From contig CAVYYI010000002.1 in the NCBI GenBank assembly GCA_963772725.1, forward strand, positions 192,001-256,000: 64,000 bases of DNA, written 5' to 3'. The translations under genes and the position numbers were made by a program. The first letter of the stretch is position 1. Every line of letters starts with the position of its first letter. The DNA comes from an uncultured Phycisphaerales bacterium (GTDB lineage Bacteria > Planctomycetota > Phycisphaerae > Sedimentisphaerales > Anaerobacaceae). Below, in pieces: positions 33,050 through 43,867 of the stretch. A model generated the notes under the pieces. That model saw only the letters and a list, made by a program, of their open reading frames with translations. It was not told the DNA's origin and ran no database searches.

Positions 33050-35595
33050 GTAACCGTCCGACCAACTACAGGTTGCGGATAGTACACAAGTGAAATTTAT
33101 TTTTACGAAGAATGGGGCTGTCGTTTAGTTGTTTTGAGTTGGGTTTGCTTCTGTGACAGATTTGAAATACAGCTTTTTCCAGTTTGGAGGTGTCAGTTCG
33201 GCAATCCGGCTGTTGGGGTGCGTGCTGACACGTTCAAGAACATCCCTGAAATATACGAATGGGTCAATATCACTTAGTTTGCAGCTTGCAACCAGACTGT
33301 ATATGGTCGCTGCCCTTTGGGCTCCGTTCTCATTGCCGGCAAACAGCCAGTTTTTACGCCCGAGAACAACCATTCTTAAAATCCGTTCTGAAAGATTATT
33401 ATCTATCGAAAGGATTCCGTTCTCAATATATCTGTTTAATGCTTTCCACTGACCAAGTGCATAATTTATCGCCTTGCCAATTGGACTCTTCGGCAAAATC
33501 TGTAGCGACCAGCTATCAATGACTCTGCGAATCTCTTCGAGAATGGGTTTACTCTTTTCCTGACGCAGTGACTTTATACTGTCAGCGTCAAGGTTACGTC
33601 TCTTTGCATCACGTTCCACATCGTAGAGACTGCCTATCAATGCGAGCATAATCCCGGCTCGCTCCTTATCAGTCTCAATAGCCTCATCAAACTTGCGCCT
33701 GCAATGCGCCCAGCAGCCTACCTCAGTACATCTGCCTTCGGCAAAGAGCTTGTCGTAACCCTTGTATGCATCCGCCTGTATATATCCGCTGTAACTCCCC
33801 AGAAAATTGATAGGCCCATCCCGACATCGTGTCGGTGTAAAATCGAACACAACATTATCACTCATATCGGCATATACCCATAAATAACCGTCATAAGTGC
33901 TTTTACGATCCTTGCACTGAACAGGGATGGTCGTATCATCGGTATGAATCTTAGGCGATTTTAACAACTGCCTCTTCATTTCTTTGGCGATAGGCTCAAG
34001 CAGACCGGCACATTGCCCTACCCAGTCACACATAGTGGAACGCCTGATTTCCACATCATGCCGACCGAAAATATTCTCCTGACGATTAAGCGGGAGGTGG
34101 TCGGTATATTTGCTGGTAATTATATGAGCAAGCAGTCCTGTCCCGGGACGACCCTTTTCTATGGGAAATGCAGGAAGTTCTGCTATGGATACATTTTCTT
34201 TGCAGTCAGGGCAGGCATATTTAATGCGCACATGCTGACGAACAACAAATGATGCAGGCACATAATCAAGCTGCTCTGTTATCTCTTCGCCGATTACCTG
34301 TTTTTCTTTTCCGCAGGATGGGCAGATAAGTTCCTCTTCCGGGGGATGATACTCTATCCGCTGGCGGGGTAAATCCTCAGGTAAAGGACGTCTGCCATGA
34401 TGACTGGCATTCTTTGGTTTCGGCGTTTCAACACATGCATCAGCCTTTTGTTGTTCTGCCGCAATCCTCAACTCAAGTTCTGTACAAAGACCCTCAAAAA
34501 GCAGCCTCTGGGCAGGATCAAGCTTCTCGCTCCTTCTGCCGAATACATGACGCTTGAACCAGGCCAGCTGCTGATTGAGGTCGTCAACATTAGCCAACAG
34601 TTTTAAAACCATCTCTCTGAGGGTTTCAACGTCGCTGGGCAGTTCTGTAATAGGTGTGTTTGTTGTAATCATTTATTCCGTTAAAGCTTTTTTCTACATC
34701 ATTATCCGTAACGATGACTCCTATATATCATATAATCGGATAATGTCAAGAGAAATAATGATAATATTCAAAAAAAAGTGAAATATTTTTTTTGAGATTA
34801 TCAAAATATGCCGTTTCCAATTGAAAATCTTTTTCGCTGATGTGCCGAACAAAGGTCTATGCCCTCGAGAACCAGCGTCAGCCTTGCCAAATCCATCTCA
34901 AGACATTTTACTGAAGAATGATGCGGCAATCGAAATACACCCTCTTCCAGCCTTTTGTACCATAGACAAAACCCCGTCCTGTCCCAGAATAGTATCTTGC
35001 ATCTGTCGCGGTAACGATTGAAAAATACAAACAGATGACCGCTTAAAGGGTCCTGCCCTAAAATAGTTTGTGTCATCGCGGCCAGACGGTCGAAACTGCA
35101 ACGCATATCAGTTGGATCAACAGAGACAAAAATACGTACCGAACAGGGTAAAGTCAGCACAACTGTGTTTCCTTTAATGCAGAGAAAACCTTATTGATTG
35201 TGCCCTGGTCAATGTCAGAGGGTATTTTCAGTATATGACCGCTTCTTAGTATAAGTTCCAATGGCTGCGGCTTTGGGCGTATGACGGGAACTTCGATAAA
35301 TGCCGGATTATCTGGTGTTGTTGGAGTAACGAATTTTTGAGGCTGCTGACCTGCCAGCTTTCTACGCCAAGAGTAAAATGCCCATTCGTGAAGACCTTCC
35401 TGTTTGCAAAATTGATGAATTGACAGATTGCTTGATTTGTATGTTTCCAAAACCATTTTCCAGAACTCGGTCTGGTCCGCTTTTGTGACTTTACCATTAT
35501 CGCTCATGATTTTGTTCCTTAAATAAACCTCAAAACCAAAAACGATTATCCCTACCTCATCAGCATTTACAATATGTACTTGGTCGGACGGTTAC
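33050..35595 (-). mobile_element. IS66-family element, copy 3 (intact tnpC, no target duplication)
   Basis: TIRs; tnpA 35154-35507, tnpB 34801-35160, tnpC 33125-34672 (515 aa); flanks GAACTAAC and ATCTCAAG differ. Confidence 0.95.
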
Positions 35596-35687
35596 ATCTC
35601 AAGTGACTGAACCAGCTCGCCTTCTATTTTACTTTCTTCATTTGTATTATTCATATAGTTTGCTTTTCATGAGCTTCGATTTACCTT

Positions 35688-38600
35688 TTAATTGCCGAAA
35701 CAGTCTTTGGTAATCAGATTTTCTCTGGCTTCATAATTCGGAGGAATACCAGGTTCGGTTACAGGTTTCTTTGATTCAATATTTTGGGCCACTGCAAAAT
35801 TAAGTTCAAGTATATGTGCAAGCAAATCATCTTTCATTGAAAAACCATACGCATCGCATACGGCTTCATCGAGGGCGATATGTGCATCCTTAAGTTCATT
35901 CTTGCCCGGTAATTCTAATGTACGATATAAGGCACGAAGCCCTCCTCGCATTTGTTGGCGAGCAGATTCTCGAATGCGTCTGATTTCACGCCCAGCCATA
36001 GCAATTCTATTGATTTGCTTTGTAGTGGTATCCTGAGGCCAAGGGAATGTGTCAAAGACAGACTCAGCCGTATATGTATAATCTGCTTTTAATTTTGCGC
36101 ATTTACTAATAAACCATTGCCAGTGAATATTCGATTGCAATATCCCGAAACTGTAATCATCATCAAAAGCAAATGTTTGTAATGCATCGGCAGGAACAAT
36201 GCTTTTACTGACAAACATAAATATAGGGCGTTTTGTTACACGTGAGCAAACAATATAACGACCATGAAGGGGGGCAATTACTTCAAGCCGTTCTCCTCTG
36301 TTTCTCCAATGCATCCACCACTTCTGTAAATGATTACGGTGTGCCTTTTCATCCTTGTCCTCTTTCTGTGCTTTTTCTTCAATAGCAGGAAGCACAATAT
36401 CCCGTATTCGTTTGAAGGCCCCCTTGAATCGCTGCGCATCGAGCATTGACATCTCCTGAAAATCGATAACGAAACGTTCCGGTTTGCCATCACCTGACAC
36501 TAGTTCCCGTCCTATCAAATAAGGAAATATAACGCTAGTAGAAGGAGGATCTTGTTTTATCAACATCTGTTTCTCAATAGACGAAAGCACAAAGCCTTTG
36601 TTATAGCCGGTCGTAATACCTTGAAAAACCCGTTGTGGTGTTGTATTACATAGCAAAACTTTTGCACTTCCGAGGTCGGGAGTATCCGAAAGCGCCGAAT
36701 TTATGAATATACATTCCCGATATGATAGTTCATATGTGCGCAATATGTTGCCATTATGTCTTCTACTCGAAATAGGTTTTGAATCAACTTTAAACCACAG
36801 TCGTCGTTTTTTAGGCAATAATTTTGGGTCTTGTGTTTTTACCCAATTTGCAATTGACACATGGACATTAGCTTCACCTGACCACGGTTGATTTTCGACC
36901 GCTTCAACGATTGTGCCCGTTTGAGCAATATGGTCAAGACCTCCAATTCTTGATTTATTATTGCGAATATTCTGTGTACCAACAAGGCCAGCACGTCCGC
37001 TGAAAAGATTATCCTGCGTACATTGTGGTAAATGATCATGAGCCTTTCTGAACCAATATACACAAAAATCAGCCATTCCCGGTATTTGAGGATAGGCCTT
37101 GCGTATCTTATTTACATATACTGAACCATGTTCTGGTTTAAGCTTCTTTGCACCGAGGAAAGGAGGATTTCCAATTATCACATCTACTTTTGGCCATTGC
37201 ACAGGATTACCGAGAGAATCGATCAATGCATCGGCAGCAAAGAAATTAGAATCAAGATTATCCAGCGGTAGTGGTCTCTCATTAATATGCAGTTCGTCAA
37301 TCGCTAATTTACGGGCGATCATCATTGTTACTTTTGCTAACTCTACCGCAAATGGGTTGATGTCAATGCCATAAAACTGTCGTGCTGTTACCAAACCTAA
37401 TACACCCTGTCCTGCAGCCTGCTTTGAATCTAATTCGTTCATTTTTTCATAAAGATGCCACTCAAGACGTTTCAACTCACGATATGCGATGTATAAGAAG
37501 TTTCCCGAGCCGCAGGCAGGATCGAGTACTCTGAATTCATGCATTTTGTTTTGTAGTTCACTAAGACGTGCCAGTGTTTTTGCTGATTCAATCTGCTCCC
37601 GCCATGGCTCAACAATAGTAGGGCCGACAATTTTCATAATATCAATGGGATTGGTAAAATGTGATCCAAAAGGTGACTGTAGCATAAATACCGGTATATT
37701 TAAGGAAATCTTGGTGTCTTAGCCGATAAAACTCCTGGAAGAACAGAAATAAACTGAATTTTTCAGGAGACACGATTATGGCTGGGCCAGGTGAATATGT
37801 ATCGGATGTAACGGAAGGTATTACGTGTGTTAAAGATTTACCCAAAGCTAAAATCAAACGACTTTCACGCACATACAAAAAGCGTCCGTGCCCCTATTGC
37901 GGCCACCCATCCTATCGGGACAAAATATTCAGACGAAAACTGCATGACCTCGGAGACTTGGCTGGCAACCGTCCAATCGACCTTTGGGTCAGTTATTCAC
38001 AGCACTGCTGTTCAAAATGCAAGAAGTACTTCAATGCCGACCTGTGCGACCTTGCGGATCCCGGCTGCCACTATACCCGCCGGGTTGTTCACCTGGCAGT
38101 GCGATTGGTTGTGGAAGACGGCCTGCCATATCGGCCGGCATCCTGGCACTTATGGCGAGATCATCGGGTTTTCGTCCCCTGGGCTACAATTCAAAACTGG
38201 GTTGAAGCGACGGGGGGAAAAAGCTGAGAAACGAATTACTGCTGAATACCTTGATGGTGTTCTGACTGATTTCTCCGGTTATATCGCGGCGGATGAATTA
38301 TATGATGGGCCGTTCTGTGTATTGTCCATCGTGGATAACCGCACGTTCAAACGGCTCATTTACGATGTTCTTGACCATAATCCCACCCATGAAGATATGA
38401 TAAACTTCTTTCGTCGGTTCCGTACGGAACTGGATCAAAGAGGTCTGACACTGCTTGGTGTTACGACCGATGGCTCGCCGTTATACCCGGAGCCGCTGGC
38501 TCTGATATTCCCCGGTGTTGCCCACCAGGTATGTGAATTTCATGTTCTCAAGGAGATCAATAGAGAAATACTCAAAGCTGTTACGCGGGTGCGACGAGAA

Positions 38601-40124
38601 CTCAAAAAGAAGCTGCCCAAGCTGCAACGCGGCCGTCCATCGTCCTCGACCGCGAGAAAAGCGGCATCTCGAAAGAAAAAACAGACCGATGAGATTGCCG
38701 ATTTGTTTGAGCATCGACACTTGTTTGTGCAGCATTCGCTCAGTAAGGCAGACAAGAAGATATTCTCACGTATAACGCGAAAATGCCACAATCTGAAAAA
38801 TTTACGTTCGATCATGGATCAGGTCTACAGACTCTTTGATCGCCGTTGCCGCACGGAAACAGCCTTGGAAAGGTTGGCTGTCTTGCGCCGCCATGTTCGA
38901 CGATTCAAAACGTTGGGTCAAACTCTTAAGAAACTATTTACGCCGAATATTGAAAAGGCGTTGACCTTTCTCGATGATTCACAACTGCCATCGACATCCA
39001 ACGCGGTTGAACGAGGTTATCGTCGTCATCGAAAGATGCAAAAGAGTGTCTATAGAGTGCGAACTCAAGACCATATTAGCCAGCGTGTGGCCATTGATAT
39101 GCAGCGTGACGAGCAGTCCCAAGGCCGTTTACAAACTATAACAATGCTTCATAATGAGAGGACTGGAATGGTATGTTGCCGGTAAAGATGCTACAGAGTC
39201 TCCAAAAGCGTGTCTTTCTTCTTTATCAAGAGAATGCTCAAATAACGTACCAAAAATTTCCGGGCGCACTTTTGACCAATCTGCCTTCGATGCATGCTTA
39301 AGCAGATAAACTTCATGCTCATCTAACTCAATGCGGGCAGGATGAGCGAAAATTCCGCCATTGAAATAATCAACCCCTTCAAAACGCCCTCCTGCTGTTT
39401 TGCCCGGTGTGTTCATTTCAACAAAAAGACCGCCTATAAGATCATAGCAATCTTTGGGAGATTTACAGTCATCCAGCAGTCGCGATACCATATACTTTTC
39501 GAGAAGACCAATATCTTCACTAAAAAGAGCCACCAGCATTTGCAGAATAAAATGCTGTGCCAAATTTCGATCTATTTTGCGGCTTACAAGCCTATTAAAA
39601 CATGCAGCTAAATGATCGGCAGCTTCTCTGGTCACCGCTTCATGATTATTACCAAAAACCGGTTTTTCTTGCGTTGGATATAGAAACGCAAGCGGGCCAT
39701 ACCGTTCAGGTAAATCTTGAAGTTTAATTGTGTCAACAGGAATGTCCATCTGGGTATTAAAATCATATATCCAGAATTCATCGAAATTGCATAAAACGAC
39801 ATAACGAGGACGGTCTGGAACAAGTCGTACCCAATAGTCAAAAGCTTGTCGATAGTGACGGGTTAAATCTTCGCCCCGTTTTTTCATTTCAATTATTAAG
39901 AGAGGTTTCCAAACATAATCAGCAAATGCAGTACCGCCGCCGTCCGCTTTATTTTTTCTGATGCTAAATTCGGGATGCCCCCCCACTTCGAGGATACCTT
40001 TTTGAGAAAATGCTTGAAAAAGACGATCGAGAAATATCTGCGATTCGCCTTTTTCGTAGCCTTTAATATGTTGATTAGTCCACGTGACAAATTCTAATAA
40101 ACGTTGCGACCTCGCTTCATGCAT
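35688..40124 (-). pseudogene. MmeI/YeeA-like type IIG/IIL fused restriction-modification enzyme interrupted by an IS
   Basis: ADYVWKPLLIIEMK nuclease motif, FNGGIF, IFGTLFE, rejoined ERHAFGSHFT, LDPACGSGNFL, GNPPF, C-terminal FDTFPWP...AHIALDEAV. Confidence 0.9.
37673..39200 (+). mobile_element. 1528-bp IS with Mutator-like (CxxH) DDE transposase in two overlapping frames
   Basis: Imperfect TIR sharing CTGTAGCAT; 8-bp duplication TCCAAAAG (37665-37672 / 39201-39208); Zn finger plus HTH in ORF 37778-38227; ADE, TDG..Y, QVCEFH, TSNAVE in the second frame. Confidence 0.85.
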
Positions 40125-40392
40125 TTCTCAAACCTTCACCTTACGCATTTTATTTTTTATATCTCTGCTCATTCCCCAAAGTGGTCAATATATTCTTGAC
40201 GTATTACGTCCATAGGAATATCGGTTTCTTTAAGTTGAGACAAATTTTGCCTGAATTTTACAAAGTTGTGGTGAAAAGGCAAGGTAAATCTGCGGGAACG
40301 GCGGTAAGGCCCACCGGCACAGGTCATGAAAAATCCCCTGCCCACAGGTGGCAGGGCTAACAGTTTTACAAAAAATTAATAAACCGTGAGGA

Positions 40393-40422
40393 TTGACAAC
40401 CGCTGTTTGGGTGTGATATACT
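40393..40422 (+). promoter_or_regulatory. Probable original ppdK promoter
   Basis: TTGACA-N18-TATACT with extended -10 TG. Confidence 0.55.
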
Positions 40423-40520
40423 GCAAAATTCCGTTTTTTTAAGGTAACTCAACGTGCCGGTGCAGCATAAATTTAGAGCGATTGCGTATAATTTTTGTTA
40501 TGACGAAGTCATAATTATTA

Positions 40521-42174
40521 AAGACTTCTGCAAAATGAATGATTTTTAGCAGAGGTCGGAACGGATAAACAACGCAATGGCAGTGGAACTGATGGATTAT
40601 TGCAGCATGAGTGTGAATTTTGGTTTTTTTAAGGCCAGAAGGCCTGTTTAGAGACAGAGTATCCCCGAGAGTTCTGTCTTAGCTCTTTGAAAAGTTAATC
40701 GTTCAACGTCAACTGAGACATCAGCCGGCCTTGCGTCGGTTTGGTATTTGTGCGAATGTTTTATGGCAACGCATTTTCCCGGGCTGTTTAAGCAATATAG
40801 CAGCGGCAACGCCGATAAGACTTGCCGTCAGATGAGCGATTGTCATCTGATTACGCACGGTTTTCAATGAATAGTGCGTAGTCTGTTCAGCTTCACGGTC
40901 TCCTAACCGAGCAAAGTATTGCTCGACTGATTCTCTTTGCTTGAAAGTTTCCTTAAATTCCCTTGAATCCCTTGGGACACGCGAACGTGCATCTTCAGTG
41001 ATATCAATGTACTTGGTACAGCCGTAGCATTTGCCGGTATTGAAGGATGGAAGGTTTACCGGACAGGTGTTACTAAGTTTTTCAGCAGTCTTTTTGCTGA
41101 CCTTTAAGGGGCAGCGAAACTTGATGCGTTCACGATTGCCCTCGGTCCATCTTCCGGTCGACCTCATTTCAAGACCAGCATCACAGATGGGACAGCCGTG
41201 AGGGCCAAAAGTCTTGTCATCTTTCTGATTTCTTGGGTTGATTGGGATATATGGGTTTCCCTTCATCTTTCCAACTATAAAGGTGTACAGGTCTCTGACA
41301 TCGTAGGCCTTATCCGCAAGAAACAGAAAGCCTTTTCTGACCCTGTATCTGCGTTTGAGTTCTTTAAGCAGCTTGAAGGCAACCTGCTGGTCTGTGGTGT
41401 TGTTTGGCAGAGTTATTTCAACAAGCGATATTCCTTGTTTTGAGATTATGACATGTGTCCTGTATCCCCAGAAGAACAGCATGTTTTCCTTTTTGCCGTT
41501 GAGGACCTGACAAGAATAATAGCTCAATGTTGCAGCAGGATTTCGAGTGGGCGTCTTGGTTTTATCGGTGGTGTTTCGGGCGGGATTTTTGAGATTATTT
41601 TCTTTTGTGGCAGCCATAACAGGTTTGGAGTCAATGATCAAGGTATCAAGGCTGACTAATCCCTGTTCGATAAGCCGCTGATTTAGACGGTAATGAATTT
41701 CTTTGAGAACAGAGTTATCGGTATCTGCCAAGAAACGATAGAATTGGGATTCGTCCGGCATATTCCCGAGCGTAAAGCCGCACAGTTCCAGCAGAGGCGG
41801 ATTGGCTTGAAGATATTCGATAAGCTCAGGGACAGATTTTATTTGCTGAAGATGTTTGACGATGAGTGCTCTCAGGATGGCATGTCGTGAGTGACCTGTT
41901 CTGCCGACACCGAAGTTTCTGTCGGGCAGAATGGAAATATCGAGAGCCTGAAAGAGATAGAAGTACTTTCGCAGCAGCGATGAATTTCTGACAAGCTCCT
42001 GGAGGTCATAAAATAGTGACGTTTGAACGTGGTACATAAAAAAATCTCCTTTATTTTGGTTGTAAGTCCTTTTACTGACAACGCTTACATAATATCCAAA
42101 ATGGAGGAGATTGCAAGAAAAATAATGACATAAGTCGTTATTTAACAAATATTTATGAATTTTACAAAAGGCTT
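40521..42174 (-). mobile_element. DDE IS (IS5/IS1182-like), tandem copy 1; transposase 40721-42037
   Basis: Imperfect TIR AAGACTTCTGCAAAAT / AAGCCTTTTGTAAAAT; IIDS, ADKAYD, RESVEQYF; flanked by ATAATTATTA. Confidence 0.9.
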
Positions 42175-42184
42175 ATAATTATTA

Positions 42185-43838
42185 AAGACTTCTGCAAAAT
42201 GAATGATTTTTAGCAGAGGTCGGAACGGATAAACAACGCAATGGCAGTGGAACTGATGGATTATTGCAGCATGAGTGTGAATTTTGGTTTTTTTAAGGCC
42301 AGAAGGCCTGTTTAGAGACAGAGTATCCCCGAGAGTTCTGTCTTAGCTCTTTGAAAAGTTAATCGTTCAACGTCAACTGAGACATCAGCCGGCCTTGCGT
42401 CGGTTTGGTATTTGTGCGAATGTTTTATGGCAACGCATTTTCCCGGGCTGTTTAAGCAATATAGCAGCGGCAACGCCGATAAGACTTGCCGTCAGATGAG
42501 CGATTGTCATCTGATTACGCACGGTTTTCAATGAATAGTGCGTAGTCTGTTCAGCTTCACGGTCTCCTAACCGAGCAAAGTATTGCTCAACTGATTCTCT
42601 TTGCTTGAAAGTTTCCTTAAATTCCCTTGAATCCCTTGGGACACGCGAACGTGCATCTTCAGTGATATCAATGTACTTGGTACAGCCGTAGCATTTGCCG
42701 GTATTGAAGGATGGAAGGTTTACCGGACAGGTGTTACTAAGTTTTTCAGCAGTCTTTTTGCTGACCTTTAAGGGGCAGCGAAACTTGATGCGTTCACGAT
42801 TGCCCTCGGTCCATCTTCCGGTCGACCTCATTTCAAGACCAGCATCACAGATGGGACAGCCGTGAGGGCCAAAAGTCTTGTCATCTTTCTGATTTCTTGG
42901 GTTGATTGGGATATATGGGTTTCCCTTCATCTTTCCAACTATAAAGGTGTACAGGTCTCTGACATCGTAGGCCTTATCCGCAAGAAACAGAAAGCCTTTT
43001 CTGACCCTGTATCTGCGTTTGAGTTCTTTAAGCAGCTTGAAGGCAACCTGCTGGTCTGTGGTGTTGTTTGGCAGAGTTATTTCAACAAGCGATATTCCTT
43101 GTTTTGAGATTATGACATGTGTCCTGTATCCCCAGAAGAACAGCATGTTTTCCTTTTTGCCGTTGAGGACCTGACAAGAATAATAGCTCAATGTTGCAGC
43201 AGGATTTCGAGTGGGCGTCTTGGTTTTATCGGTGGTGTTTCGGGCGGGATTTTTGAGATTATTTTCTTTTGTGGCAGCCATAACAGGTTTGGAGTCAATG
43301 ATCAAGGTATCAAGGCTGACTAATCCCTGTTCGATAAGCCGCTGATTTAGACGGTAATGAATTTCTTTGAGAACAGAGTTATCGGTATCTGCCAAGAAAC
43401 GATAGAATTGGGATTCGTCCGGCATATTCCCGAGCGTAAAGCCGCACAGTTCCAGCAGAGGCGGATTGGCTTGAAGATATTCGATAAGCTCAGGGACAGA
43501 TTTTATTTGCTGAAGATGTTTGACGATGAGTGCTCTCAGGATGGCATGTCGTGAGTGACCTGTTCTGCCGACACCGAAGTTTCTGTCGGGCAGAATGGAA
43601 ATATCGAGAGCCTGAAAGAGATAGAAGTACTTTCGCAGCAGCGATGAATTTCTGACAAGCTCCTGGAGGTCATAAAATAGTGACGTTTGAACGTGGTACA
43701 TAAAAAAATCTCCTTTATTTTGGTTGTAAGTCCTTTTACTGACAACGCTTACATAATATCCAAAATGGAGGAGATTGCAAGAAAAATAATGACATAAGTC
43801 GTTATTTAACAAATATTTATGAATTTTACAAAAGGCTT
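42185..43838 (-). mobile_element. DDE IS, tandem copy 2; transposase 42385-43701
   Basis: 1654-bp direct repeat of copy 1; ATAATTATTA at 40511, 42175 and 43839. Confidence 0.9.
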
Positions 43839-43867
43839 ATAATTATTACTAAAAGGAGAATATAAAA

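Noticed and set aside
40125..40510. tRNA or att site at the island's right boundary
   Set aside because: No cloverleaf or matching direct repeat found; only a short hairpin at ~40336-40356
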